64,000 nt of DNA from an uncultured delta proteobacterium (GCA_963752595.1 CAVVYZ010000006.1:1-64000); one strand, 5' to 3'; counted from the stretch's first letter, positions 37,935 through 51,151 are shown. Numbers and translations: made by a program. Notes: generated by a model not told the origin, from the sequence alone.

Positions 37935-38761
37935 TGAATGACTGCACTCCCCATGAGTAGACAGATAAATGATAAAGCCAGGGTTGTGATCCCGGCTATG
38001 GTGTGCGAGCAGCCCTCTGCCGGATGCGAAGACAGATAATATGCGAGGATCCCGGTAATGGTGATCCTCAGCACATTCCCGAGTATGGAGACAGGGATGG
38101 AAAAGAAAAGCAGGAGCAGTCTCTGCATATTTGAGGAAAACAGAATATATCCCATCAGGAAGGCCAGTGCGATAACGGAAATCAGAGACCGGACACCGGA
38201 GCAGGCAACGACGACTTTCATGGAATAATTCGGCAGCCTGATAAGATTTCCTTCCTGCAGAGCTGGTATTTCAAAAAAATGGAGAATATTCACCGAGCAT
38301 GTTGTCGCAAACAACTTCAAAGGGTTTGTGAGCACTGTGTAAATCTCGGAAGGAATCGGAATCATGAAGATCAGGAAAACAATGGGGAATGCAACCACCC
38401 TTGTAATGTTCCAGCCGGCAATAAAGAGTATGGAGCCGAATAAGAAGACAATGATCGACAACCTCTCGAAAGTGGAAACTTCAGCGCCTACTCCCAGAAG
38501 GTAAAGGAGAGCCCATGCGGAAAGGAATACAAGACCCAGACTGCTCGGCTCCACGCTTTTATTGATAATTTCTCTTCGCTTTCGCCATATGAGGTACAGG
38601 GATACGGGCAGGATCAGAAAGCCGTGGCTGTAATCCTCATCCCGGAGCCAAATCCCCGCGAGTTCGCGCAACGTCGAGCAATACAGGATACAGAAAAGCC
38701 CTGACATGATTAAAATATAGAAGAAAGATCTTTGCATGGAAATAAAGCTTTTAGACTGCAT
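37886..38761 (-). CDS. xrt: Exosortase (EpsH/XrtA family)
   Basis: DYSHGFLI, FMIPIP, ACSGVRSL (Cys), NVLRI (Arg), SHT (His); start MQSKS with GAGG SD. Confidence 0.92.
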   Translation of the reverse strand: MQSKSFISMQRSFFYILIMSGLFCILYCSTLRELAGIWLRDEDYSHGFLILPVSLYLIWRKRREIINKSVEPSSLGLVFLSAWALLYLLGVGAEVSTFERLSIIVFLFGSILFIAGWNITRVVAFPIVFLIFMIPIPSEIYTVLTNPLKLFATTCSVNILHFFEIPALQEGNLIRLPNYSMKVVVACSGVRSLISVIALAFLMGYILFSSNMQRLLLLFFSIPVSILGNVLRITITGILAYYLSSHPAEGCSHTIAGITTLALSFICLLMGSAVIQWLEQKKMQYISWFLR

Positions 38762-39021
38762 AGCCTCATGAAAGGGAAATGCGCACGAAACTCCGTCACT
38801 GCGGGTGAATAGACACCTTCGCTCCAAAGAAACCGCAGACAAAGCCCCGCATTGGGCTTTAGTAAGAATAAATAGAGGGGCACTGCCCATTCTCAAGGAA
38901 AGATGAGACAGGTTTCTGGCAGGTCTTTGTTTGCTTTTGATAAACTGGAGAAAAATGAATATCGCCCGGCCGGTATGCTGTATTACGGGAAGCTTCTCGA
39001 GTCTCCGGGTCTTATTGCCGG

Positions 39022-39729
39022 TTACATTCCGAGGTAGGCCTGTTTCACCTTGTCCGAGTTCAACAGGTTGGCTGCTGTATCTTCCAGCGTAATGGCGCCG
39101 CTTTCCATGACGTATCCCCGGTGGGCGATGCGCAGCGCCATATTAGCGTTCTGCTCCACGAGGAGTATGGTCGTCTTGTTGTACATATTGATTCTTTCTA
39201 TGGTTGCAAAGATGAGCTGGACAAGCATGGGCGCCAGGCCCAGGGAAGGCTCGTCCGGAAGCAGGAGCTTTGGCCTGCTCATGAGTCCCCTCGAAATGGC
39301 AAGCATCTGCTGCTCTCCGCCGCTCAAGGTGCCTCCCATCTGGTGGCGCCGCTCGGCAAGCCTGGGGAAGAGAGTGAAGATGTAGTCCATGTCGCTCCTG
39401 ATCCCATGCCTGTCAGTCCGGAGATATGCCCCCATATCGAGGTTTTCCGTTACCGACAGGTCAGTGAATATCCTCCTGCCTTCGGGCACCTGAACGATGC
39501 CTAAAGAGAATATTCTGCCCGGGGCCATGGCATTAATAGAGGTGCCTTCGAAAATTATCTCCCCATAGCGTGCCTGAACAATACCCGATATGGGCATCAG
39601 GCTGGTCGATTTGCCCGCGCCGTTCGCTCCGATGAGCGTGACGATTTCACCCCGGGAAAGCTCCATGTCGATGCTCTGGAGTGCGTGGATCCCGCCGTAA
39701 TAGACATGGAGGTTCTTTACCTTAAGCAT
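39022..39729 (-). CDS. livF: Branched-chain amino acid ABC transporter ATPase
   Basis: GANGAGKS, VPEGRRIF, LSGGEQQML, DEPSLGLAP; atypical Pro in Walker B (LLLPDEP). Confidence 0.9.
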   Translation of the reverse strand: MLKVKNLHVYYGGIHALQSIDMELSRGEIVTLIGANGAGKSTSLMPISGIVQARYGEIIFEGTSINAMAPGRIFSLGIVQVPEGRRIFTDLSVTENLDMGAYLRTDRHGIRSDMDYIFTLFPRLAERRHQMGGTLSGGEQQMLAISRGLMSRPKLLLPDEPSLGLAPMLVQLIFATIERINMYNKTTILLVEQNANMALRIAHRGYVMESGAITLEDTAANLLNSDKVKQAYLGM

Positions 39730-40186
39730 CGGATGGCTCTCCGAGATAAGCCTTGACTACGTTGGGGTTTCCGGCCACCTCACTCGGGGTCCCCTGAGCG
39801 ATCATCTTCCCGTAATCGAGCACATAGATCCTCTGGGAGATGCTCATTACCAGTTTCATGTCATGCTCGATGAGCAGGATCGATAAGTTCTCCTCATTCC
39901 TGATCCTGGTGATGAGCGCATCGAGCTCCTTGGTTTCCCTTGGGTTCATTCCGGCGGCAGGTTCGTCAAGAAGGAGAAGAAAAGGCTCGGTTGCCATGGC
40001 CCGGGCGATCTCGAGCCTCCGCTGGGCGCCGTAAGGAAGTTCCTGGGCCAGATCGTTGACATACCCTGCAAGCCCGACTTTATCGAGCATCCGGTAAGAG
40101 AAATCCACCATCTCCTGCTCCTCTCTGCGTGTCTTCCCGTCCCGGAAGATCGCACCCGGGATGCCTGATTTCGTCCTGCAGTGCCG
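39722..40186 (-). pseudogene. livG: C-terminal half of LivG ATPase
   Basis: HCRTKSG..LPYGAQRRLEIARA..LLLLDEPAAGMNP..IEHDM; Walker A region missing. Confidence 0.85.
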
Positions 40187-40722
40187 GGCCGTGATATGCC
40201 GGCAATGCCGCTCGGCCCGGAAGAGAAATCGTTCCAGTTCTCGAGGATCAGCCGTATGATCTCCCCGAACCCCAACGTGACGATGGCGAGATAATCGCCG
40301 CGCAGCCTGAGCACCGGGAACCCGAGCAGGATGCCGAACACGGCAGCAATCGCTCCTGCCAGCGGCAGCGCAACCCAGAAGCCCAGGCCGAAATGGTGGT
40401 CCAGAGAGCGAAGCAATAAGCACCCACCGCGTAGAAGGCCACATAGCCGAGATTCAAAGACCGGCCAGGCCCACCACGATGTTCAAGCGGAGCCCCAGCA
40501 TGACGTACATGAGGGCAGTGATCATGATGGATGTCTGATAGCTGGAGAAGAGAAACGGGAAGATCGCGACAAAAGCCCCGAGAGCCGTCAAACAGGGGAG
40601 ATAGACCCTCCGGTCGGAACGGAGGCGCAGCCCTGCCCTCTTCTGCCGGCCTTCCGCTTCATCCGAGTGAGCGCCTCTTTCTTTGCGCTCCATGAGGTAG
40701 CGCCAGATAAATGAGAGGGAAA
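40183..40722 (-). pseudogene. livM: Internal fragment of LivM permease
   Basis: LNIVVGLAGL, LGYVAFYAVGAY, LRLRGDYLAIVTLGFGEII; both ends absent. Confidence 0.85.
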
Positions 40723-41019
40723 ATGGCCCAGCACTGCATCGGCCTTGTCGGAAACGAGCTTGGCTGCGACATTGGCAGCGACCTCGGGCTTGCACTGATC
40801 GTCTTCCTTGAGGACTACCACTTTCCTCCCGAGGATCCCGCCCTTCGCATTGATACCATCAACAACGAGCTTGGCCGCGTTGGCAGCAGGCAGGCCGTGT
40901 GATGCCAGATCCCCGCTGTGCGCCCCGGGCACCCCGAGCTTGATCGTGCCGGCGGCAAAGACCTCTCCGCTGCAGATAATGACGGATACCATAACCAATG
41001 AATAGACTATTCTTTTCAT
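40723..41019 (-). pseudogene. livK: N-terminal ~100 aa of branched-chain amino acid binding protein
   Basis: Signal peptide, IKLGVPGAHSGDLA, INAKGGILG, EDDQCKP, AVLGH then abrupt switch to livM sequence. Confidence 0.85.
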
Positions 41020-41218
41020 CTCCTCCCCCTATGTTTGTAGTATACCTGTCCTCACGAACTTAAACTTGCTCTGCAAGCCTGCCTAGAGTTATCGTTAAAC
41101 GATCTTTTCTGTCAATTTATTACAATTCCTGATTGTCGGTGTACTACATCCTTATATCCGGACAGGTTGAATAAAGGCCTCATTATGGGAATAGGAATCA
41201 ATCCTTACAGGCCTGGAT

Positions 41219-42175
41219 TCAGTACCATGGGCCGGGCCAGCGACTTCTCGGGGGCTGGGAGGCTCCATGCAGATCCTCCGGCAGAACGATCACTTCAGGG
41301 AAGCCTTTATCTTTGTCGTTTCCGGCATGTTCCAGGCGCATGAGCCTGTTGATGCGTTCCCTGGTATGGGGGTGAGTCCTCAGGATCGAAGGATAAGGAT
41401 TGTTCTTCCCGGGAAGTCTGATGATGTCCCAGAAGGAATTTTCATAGGTATCCATCTTCCATAATGCCGATGCGAGCCCTCTGGGATCATTGGTGAACCG
41501 GACCGCGGTGGCGTCGGCAACGAATTCTCTTGCCCGTGAAAGCGCAAGCTGCAGAAGAACGCTCAATGCCGGTGCGGTTATGAGGGCCAGGATAAAAAAC
41601 AGCGGGACCTGCTCATCGGAGAAAAGGAAAACCGGTATATAGAAGACGATCAGAAGCTGCCCGATAAACGAGAACAGAGAGGTGATCCTCGTCATCATAT
41701 CGGCATAGGTATGGAGCTTGAGGTCATTATTCTTGATATGGCTCATTTCGTGAGCGAGCACTCCGGTGATCTCCCGGGGGGTCAAGTCCCTGATGAGGCC
41801 GTCGGAGAGCGCAATGGCCGAATTCATCCTCGACCCCACACTGAAGGCATTCAGCAGCCTGCTCGCAACATAGTACAGCTTCGGCACGTTCCCAAGCTCC
41901 GCCCTTTTCGAGAGCTCTGATACTAACCTGTGCAGACCCGGCGACTCTTCATACGAGAGCCTCCGTGCACCGTACATGCGCAGGATCATCGGAGGAGTGA
42001 GCTTGGGCGTTGTCGCAAGCAAAAGCGCGACTGCTACCAGTGCCCAGATAAAACCGAGCATTCCGAAAACCATCCATCCGAGGAGGCCGAATAACCCGGC
42101 CATAACCCCGAGAATGATCGCGGTATGGAATATATTATGAAACCTTCCAGGTATTGCTCTTTGAGTACTGATCAT
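41219..42175 (-). CDS. htpX: HtpX-family M48 zinc metalloprotease
   Basis: [33 protein letters not shown]. Confidence 0.9.
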   Translation of the reverse strand: MISTQRAIPGRFHNIFHTAIILGVMAGLFGLLGWMVFGMLGFIWALVAVALLLATTPKLTPPMILRMYGARRLSYEESPGLHRLVSELSKRAELGNVPKLYYVASRLLNAFSVGSRMNSAIALSDGLIRDLTPREITGVLAHEMSHIKNNDLKLHTYADMMTRITSLFSFIGQLLIVFYIPVFLFSDEQVPLFFILALITAPALSVLLQLALSRAREFVADATAVRFTNDPRGLASALWKMDTYENSFWDIIRLPGKNNPYPSILRTHPHTRERINRLMRLEHAGNDKDKGFPEVIVLPEDLHGASQPPRSRWPGPWY

Positions 42176-42422
42176 GGAATCCCCGAAATATGCATGCCTT
42201 ACGATCTTTTTAGTGTTCGATGAAACAAAAGGCAACTGCCCCATGCCCTGCCCCTCCGGAGATGCATGCAAAAGAAGTGAATTTGCGAGGCTTGAAAACA
42301 AGGCAAGAAATTTGAAAAGGATTTACCCGCACTTCGGGGCAAAATCCACATTGCTAAAAAAGTGTATTTCATATAGAGACGGACTCGAACTGCACACGAA
42401 TTCTACAACGAGGGCTGTATGG

Positions 42423-43517
42423 ATGGGAAAGGACCCGATAGTCCGCTTACGGAGGGTGACAAAAAGATTTGACGACGTGCTCGCCGTCGATTCTTTGGAC
42501 CTTGACATCTATCAGGGGGAGTTTCTCACCCTGCTCGGCCCTTCCGGCTGCGGAAAAACAACGGTCCTGCGTCTCATTGCCGGTCTCGAGATCCCTCGAC
42601 GGCGGGCGATATCGTCATGAACGGCCTTTCACTGGGCGGCACCCCGCCGAACAAGAGAAACGTCAACACCGTGTTCCAGAGCTATGCCCTTTTCCCCCAC
42701 ATGACGCGTCTTCGACAATATCGCCTTCGGCCTGAAGATGAAGCAGTTCGACAAGTCCGAATATCAGGGAGCAGGTTACAGAGGCCCTTTCGATCGTCAA
42801 GCTCGGGAGGACTTGAGATGCGCAAACCTCACCAGCTCTCCGGCGGCCAGCAGCAGCGGGTTGCCATGGCTCGGGCCATCGTCAACAAGCCGCAGGTCCT
42901 GCTCCTGGACGAACCCTCTAAGCGCTCTCGATTACCGGCTGCGCCAGGAGATGGAGATCGAGCTCAAGCACATTCACCGCAAGCTCGGCATTACCTTCGT
43001 GTTCGTGACCCATGACCAGGAAGAGGCGATCAGCATGTCCGACCGTATCGCGGTCATGAACGAAGGCACGCATCGAGCAGATCGGGACTCCTACCAAGAT
43101 CTACGAAGAGCCGGAAAACATGTTCGTTGCCAAGTTCGTTGGCGAGATCAACGTCTTCGAAGGCCGTATCATCGAGGTTCACAACGGCAGCGCTGTCGTC
43201 GACATCCATGGCCGGCCTTTCAAGGTCCAGAACAGGAAGAATTTCACGGCCGGCCAAAACGTAAAGGTGCTGCTCCGGCCCGAAGACATCATGGTAACCA
43301 AGGACGAGGAATCTTACAGGATAACGCACCTGCGCTTGCCGGAAAGATCGAGGAGGTCATCTACAAGGGCAAGACCGTAGACCTCATCATCAATCTCGAT
43401 GCCGGCGAGACCGTTTTCGTCACGCAGTTCTTCAACGAAGACCAGGAAAATGTCGTCTACCGCCACGGGCACAAAATCCACATAGACTGGCCTTACGGCT
43501 GGGAAGTCGTCCTGTAG
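42423..43517 (+). CDS. potA: Spermidine/putrescine ABC transporter ATPase, frameshifted
   Basis: [42 protein letters not shown] domain. Confidence 0.9.
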
Positions 43518-43519
43518 CC

Positions 43520-44387
43520 ATGGAAAGAAAGAGCCGCTTCAGGAACTTCGCCGTCGGCTCGACCTTATGTCTGGATCACCATCTTCGTCGTAATCCCCTA
43601 TATCATCGTCGTAGCTGTACAGCTTCCTCACCCGGGACCCCCAGGAAATCGTAGCCTGGTATTTCACCCTGGAGAGCTACAGGCAGATCTTCTCGCCCGG
43701 TATTCCTCAAGGTGTGCAAGAATTCCTTCCTGCTGGCGCTGGGCACCACCGTGCTCACCCTTCTTTCCGCCTATCCGTTTGCATTTTTCCTGACGAGGAT
43801 ACGCGAGGATATCAGGCGGACCCTGATCCTCCTCATGATCATCCCCTTCTGGACCTCCTCGCTCATCCGGACCTATGCCCTCATCATCCTGCTCAAGGCA
43901 AACGGCATCGTGAACAATTTCCTGCTCTCCATGCGGGCGTGATCGATGAGCCCCTGAGCATCCTCTACACCCAGGTGGCGGTGTTCATCGGCCTGGTCTA
44001 CACGCTGCTGCCCTTCATGATCCTGCCCCTGTACGCATCGATCCAGAAGCTCGACATGACGGCTCATCGAGGCTGCCCGCGACCTCGGCGCGACCTCGCG
44101 GCAGCATCTTCTTCCACATCATCCTGCCCCTGACCCTCCCGGGAATCATAGCAGGGAGCACCATGGTCTTCCTGCCGGCGCTCGGGCCTGTTCTACATCC
44201 CGGACCTCCTGGGCGGCGCACGGTCGATGCTCATCGGCAACTTCATCAAGGACCAGTTCCTCACCACCAGCAACTGGCCGCTCGGCTCAGCCGCCAGCGT
44301 CATCCTGACCCTCCTCATGTTCCTGCTCCTCGTCTGGTACTTCGTCAGCTCCCGAGCAGGGCCAACCAGGGCGCATGGGGGAGGTGA
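43520..44387 (+). CDS. potB: Polyamine ABC transporter permease, frameshifted
   Basis: IIPFWTSSLIRTYA, YTLLPFMILPLY, LIGNFIKDQF..NWPLGSA. Confidence 0.9.
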
Positions 44388-44388
44388 G

Positions 44389-45161
44389 ATGAAACAGCTT
44401 TCAAGATCGTATACCTGGCCCTTCATCTATCTGTTTCTCTACATCCCCATCCTTGTCCTGGTCATCTATTCCTTCAACAATACCCGGTTCTCCACGAACT
44501 GGCAGGGATTCACCCTGACCTGGTACGGAAAACTCTTCACCGACGGGCCGCTCATGGAGGCGTTTGCCAATTCACTCATCATCGCTTTCTCATCGAGCAC
44601 CATCGCGACCATCCTGGGCACCCTGCGCGGCCTTTGCCTTCTACCGCTACCGGTTCATCGGCCGGAAGGTCATGTACTCCTTTATCTACGTGGTCATGAT
44701 GAGCCCGGATATCGTCATGGGCATCTCGCTCCTCATGTTTTTCATCACCTTGGGTTTAAGTACCGGGGCGATGACGCTGCTTCTGGCCCACATCACCTTC
44801 TGCCTGCCGTTCGTGGTGGTGACGGTCTATGCCCGCATCAGCGGCTTCGACAGGAACATCATCGACGTTGCCAAGGACCTGGGTGCGAACGAGCTCAGCA
44901 TGTTCCGGCACGTCGTGATGCCCATGCTCATGCCTGCCATCATTGCCGGATGGCTTCTCAGCTTCACGCTTTCCATGGATGACGTGGTCGTAAGCTTCTT
45001 CACCACCGGCCCGTCGTTCGAGGTTCTGCCGCTCAAGATCTATTCCATGGTACAGTCTCGGGATCAAGCCGGAGATCAATGCGCTGAGTGCGGTGATGTT
45101 CCTGGTATCACTGATCACGGTAACCATTGCCCATCTTTTGATTGCGAAGGAGAACAGGTAG
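44389..45161 (+). CDS. potC: Polyamine ABC transporter permease, frameshifted
   Basis: FLYIPI..YSFN, MSPDIVMGISLL, SFTLSMDDVVVS, LPLKIYSM. Confidence 0.9.
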
Positions 45162-46195
45162 ATGAAAAAAGTGTTTCTTGTCGCTTTTGGCTATTTTTTT
45201 CCTCTTGCAGCCTTTGCTGCAAGAAACGAGGTCTATGTCTTCAACTGGTCCGAGTATATCGATCCGTCCGTGCTCAAGAACAGTTCAGAAGGAGACGGGG
45301 ATCAAGGTGAGATACTCCACCTATGAAAGCAACGAGGCCATGTTCGCGAAGCTCAAGATCGTGAAGAAAGCGGGATACGACGTGGTTTTCCCCTCTACCT
45401 ACTTCGTGGAGAGGATGCGGCAAGATGGGCATGCTCAAGCCCCTCGACAGGAGCCATGCTTCCCAACATGAAGAACCTCAACCCCCAGCTCCTGAACAAG
45501 CCCTATGACCCGAACAACGTCTACAGCGTGCCGTACATGTGGGGCTCCTCCGCCATCGGCGTCAATGCGAAGTACGTCAAGCCGTCTTCCATCACGAGCT
45601 GGAACGACCTGTGGAATCCTGCCTTCAAGGGCAAGGTCCTGCTCATGGACGACGTGCGGGACGTGTTCGCCATGTCGCTGCGGTCGCTGGGTTATTCGGG
45701 CAACGACACCAACCCGGAGCACATCAAGGCAGCCTATCAGAAGCTCCTCAAGCTCAAGCCCAGCGTCAAGGTCTTCAATTCCGACTCGCCCAAGCAGCCG
45801 TTCCTCAACAACGAGGTCTACATCGGCCAGATCTGGGGCGGAGAGGTCTACCAGGCCGGCAAGGAAAACCCGAATATCGTCTACATCTATCCCAGGGAAG
45901 GCGCCACCTTCTGGGTCGACAGCATGGTCATCCCCACATCGGTGCGGAACATCAGAGAACGCCCATGCCTTCATCAATTTCATGCTCAGGCCCGACATCG
46001 CCAAGAAAAACTGCGAGTACGTGGGCTATGCAACGGCCAACCTCAAGGCCCAGGCCATGCTCGACGCCAAAGACCCGGAACCACAAGGCCGTCTATCCGG
46101 ACGCCAGGGACCTTGACAAGGGCGAATTCCAGTCGGACGTGGGCGATGCCATCATCATCTATGAGAAGTACTGGGAGATGCTGAAGACCCGTTAA
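45162..46195 (+). CDS. potD: Polyamine-binding periplasmic protein, frameshifted
   Basis: [40 protein letters not shown]. Confidence 0.9.
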
Positions 46196-46375
46196 GTCAA
46201 AAGGTGCGCCAAATGCCGATTCCTGCCGACGGGCAGAACCGCTATTCATTAATTTTCAGGGAAGGCCCGGAAACATGCAAACCCGCCGTGCAAAACCAGG
46301 AGTCCTGCCATTCATTAAAGTATAATATCCTTAACTACAGAATTGATTTGCGTTGAATTTTTCGCGAATCTCTTC

Positions 46376-46434
46376 TTGACATAGTGCCTTATCTATCATA
46401 TAGAACCCCATCAAAGTTTATTATTGTAAACTTT
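46376..46434 (+). promoter_or_regulatory. Sigma70-like promoter with downstream palindromic operator
   Basis: TTGACA(46376)-17 bp-TATAGA(46399); AAAGTTTA-N6-TAAACTTT inverted repeat at 46413-46434. Confidence 0.55.
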
Positions 46435-46499
46435 AAGGTATACATTTTAAGATTACGATGTAAACAACAGATCATACTATAGTATAACAGGAGGACAGC

Positions 46500-47043
46500 T
46501 TGAAGATCGGCGAAAAAATAAAAAATCTCCGCCTCGCTCAGGAGTTGACCCAGGAGGATCTCGCAACCAGGGCGGACCTCACGAAGGGTTTTATATCCCT
46601 GCTCGAAAGGGATCTCCAGACGCCGTCCCTCGATACCCTCGAGCTGATCCTCAATGCCCTCGACACGACTCTGGCGGAGTTTTTTGCCGAAAAAGGCCCG
46701 GATATCGTTGTCTTCAAGGCTCCTCAGCGGGTCATTATCGAGGACGAGGACGAGCCGGGCGTGATACAGGGAGGTCCTTATTCCCGGGGCCCAGGGCAGG
46801 GAGATGGATATTCTGCTGGTGACATTGCAGCCGGGGGCGATAACGTTCAAGGAAAAGTCGCACTACGGAGATGAATGCGGCCTGGTCCGGGAGGGGCAGA
46901 TCGTAATCAACCTGGGCAAGGACACCTTCAAGGCGTCCAAAGGCGATGCCTTCTATTATACGGCGGACAAGAAGCACTGGATAGAGAACAGGTCAAAGGG
47001 GAGGGCGCAGATCCTCTGGATCTCCGCTCCTCCGAGCTTTTAA
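46500..47043 (+). CDS. XRE-HTH + cupin transcriptional regulator (PuuR-like), frameshifted
   Basis: IGEKIKNLR..LTQEDLA..LTKGFISLLERD; H.GDECG..G..GDAFYY..H cupin. Confidence 0.9.
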
Positions 47044-47090
47044 GAAACTGAAATACAAGCATATTGCATCTGTGCAAAGGGGGAGAACAC

Positions 47091-47559
47091 ATGATTTTCA
47101 AGACACCGACAACCTATTACATTACATCTGGTTCTTCCGAGGGCTTCACCGTCCTGAATGCCTTTGATGGTGCCCTCATGGCTGCCGGCATCGGCAATAC
47201 GAACCTCGTAAAGATGAGCAGCATCTGCCCCCCGCACACGAAAGAGGTCGATTCCGTAACGCTGCCCCACGGGGCGCTGGTGCCTGTCGCATATGCTTCG
47301 ATCACGTCCGAGAAACCGGGCCAGGTCATTGCGGCGGGCGTAGCAATCGCTTTTCCCGATGATGAAGACCATGCAGGCCTCATCATGGAGTATTCAGCCG
47401 AGGACACAAAGAGGCCTGTTGAGGCCAAGGTCAGGAAGATGGCGGAAGAAGGCATGAAGATGCGCGGCAAGTCTATCCGCGAGATCAAAGAGCATCGCCG
47501 TTGAGCACGTCGTGAAGGAATGCGGCGCAGCATTTGCCGCCGTGGTGCTCTGGGACTGA
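47091..47559 (+). CDS. pdaD: Pyruvoyl-dependent arginine decarboxylase (C-terminal frameshift)
   Basis: [27 protein letters not shown] with Ser-Ser cleavage site; GLIMEY. Confidence 0.9.
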
Positions 47560-47643
47560 TCCGTGAGCAAAATACGGTGCAAAGTGCAGGCCTCTGATTT
47601 TCAGGGCCTGTTTTGCATTGCCCCCTTTTGTCGGAAACGCATT

Positions 47644-48466
47644 ATGAGCATATACATGTCTTCCAGAGACCGAAGGCAGGATCTGCCTGTTCGGCGCGCC
47701 GTTCGATTCCACCACGAGCTTCCGGCCCGGCTCGCGTTTCGGTCCCGCCGCAATCCGCGAGGCCTCCTACGGGCTCGAAACCTTCTCCCCTGCCTCAAAA
47801 CGCCGACCTCGAGGACTGCTCCTTCATGGATATGGGTGATCTGGAGCTGCCTTTCGGCGACCCGAACCCTGCCCTCGTCACTCGTTGAGAAAGACCGCGG
47901 CCGAAATCCTGTCTTTGAAAAGGGTCCCGTTTATGCTGGGCGGGGAGCACCTGGTGAGCCTGGGAGCCATCCGTGCCGCTGCAAAGGCGTACCCTGGACT
48001 TGCAGTCATCCACCTGGATGCCCACGCCGACCTGCGGGAAGACTACCTCGGCATGAAGCTCTCCCACGCCACGGTCATGAGGAGGGTCTATGACCTCCTG
48101 GGGCATGAATCCATCCGCCAGATCGGCATCAGGTCGTGCACGCGGGAGGAGTTTACCCTGGTGAGCAGCTTAACTGCCTTCCCGACGACGTCGCAGCTGA
48201 AGATCGGAGAAAAGCCCTGCTATCTCACCTGCGACCTCGATATCCTCGACCCGTCCGTCCTGCCCGGCACAGGGACGCCCGAGCCCGGCGGACTCATGTT
48301 CAATGAGCTCGTCGCGATCCTGGTCTCGCTCATAACCAGGCTCCACATCGTGGGCTTGACGTTGTGGAGCTCGCTCCGCAGCTCGACCTCACGGGCGTCT
48401 CCGGCATCGTAGCGGCAAAGGTGGTGCGGGAGTGCCTCGATAGCGCTCGGCAGCGGGGATACGTGA
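47644..48466 (+). CDS. speB: Agmatinase, frameshifted
   Basis: PFDSTTSFRPGSRFGP, GGEH, HLDAHADLR, DLDILDP, GTGTPEPGG. Confidence 0.9.
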
Positions 48467-48522
48467 CAGAATCAAGGAATGGATTCGTTTTTTTATAAAT
48501 CAGGGATGACAGGAGTTGAACC

Positions 48523-49731
<1,209 letters not shown>

Positions 49732-49735
<4 letters not shown>

Positions 49736-50903
49736 GCACGGCTCTGCCGCCCGCTTCTCCAAGCGGCACTCCCGAGGATATCGACCCCGGCCTATGTGGT
49801 CGACATGGCGGTCCTGAAGAAGAACCTGGCGAACGCCGCGCGCATCCGCGCGAGGCCGGCTGCCGGATGCTCCTGGCAACCAAGGCGTTTGCTATGCCCG
49901 CCGTGTTCCCGCTGATGCGGGAGTTGCTCGACGGCACGACCGCGAGCGGCCAATATGAGGCGCGTCTGGGCAGGGAGGAGTTCGGCAAGGAGGTGCACGT
50001 CTATGCGCCTGCCTATACGGAAAGCACGCATCGCGAGCTGCTGCGCATCGCCGACCACATCTATTTCAATTCCGCGACCAGATCCGCGCGCTTCCTCCCC
50101 GCTGTGAAGAGCGCCGGAAAAGACAAGAAAGTCGGCATCCGCATCAATCCCGGCTATTCGAATGCGACGCTGGGCGGCGAGCTCTACGACCCCTGCTCGC
50201 CGTGCTCCCGCTTCGGCGTCGTCCGTGCACGAGCTTGACAAGCTCCCGTGGGACGAGATCGACATCCTCCACGTCCACGCCTTGTGCGAGTCCCTTGCCG
50301 ACGGCTCGGTCGGCCTCATCGAGCCATGTGGCGCAAGGAGTTCGGCCCTTACATCAGGCGCGTCAAGGCGGTGAACTTCGGCGGCGGGCATTTCATCAAC
50401 AAGGCCGGGATATGACGTCGGATGCCTCATCGCGGCCATCAAGGATTTCCGCGCCGAGTTCGGCGTCGAGGTCATCCTGGAGCCCGGGAGCGGGATCGTG
50501 GTCGACGCCGGCTATCTGGTCGCGACCGTGCTCGATATCGTCCACAACGAGAAGGACATCGCCATCCTCGACGCCTCGGCCTCCTGCCACATGCCGGACG
50601 TGCTGGAGGTGCCGTACACGCCGCCGCTCTTCGGCGCCGCCGAGCCGGGCGTTCATCCCCACACCTATATTCTCGGCGGCAAGACCTGCATGACCGGCGA
50701 CATCATCGGCGAGTACTCGTTCCTCGAGCCCCTGAAGACCGGGAGACCGGCTCGTCTTCGGCGACATGATCCAGTACAGCTTCGTGAAGAACAATACCTT
50801 CAACGGCACGCCTTTGCCCGACCTCGCCCTGCTGCACGAAGACGGCCGCTACGAGGTCGTGCGGCGGTTCGGGTACGACGACTTCAAAGGCCGACTTGGT
50901 TGA
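49732..50903 (+). CDS. nspC: Carboxy(nor)spermidine decarboxylase, frameshifted
   Basis: LLATKAF, RINPG, YDPCSPCSRFG, HALCE, NFGGGH, LEPG, CHMPDVLEVPY, VKNNTFNG. Confidence 0.9.
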
Positions 50904-50981
50904 TCAGCGTATACGTTGTCTCTTATTCAATTATTGACAAGTTCACCCGGACGATGACATACGACTATGAGGAGGACTGCC

Positions 50982-51149
50982 ATGCCAATCGATAAACAAC
51001 TGCTCGAAATCCTTGCCTGTCCGAAGTGCAAGGGAAGCCTTGTACTGGAAGAAGACAGCAGCGCGTTGATCTGCAATTCCTGCAAGCTCAGGTACCGCAT
51101 CGAAGACGATATACCCATCATGCTCATCGACGAAGCAACGCCTTTATAA
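50982..51149 (+). CDS. Trm112/YcaR family protein
   Basis: LLEILACPKCKG..LIC..C..YRIEDDIPIMLIDEA; GGAGG SD. Confidence 0.9.
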   Translation: MPIDKQLLEILACPKCKGSLVLEEDSSALICNSCKLRYRIEDDIPIMLIDEATPL

Positions 51150-51151
51150 TC

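Noticed and set aside
38770-39000. Riboswitch or ops/JUMPstart element in the EPS operon leader
   Set aside because: Only a short hairpin (AAAGCCC..GGGCTTT, about 38841-38860) was found; no recognisable consensus
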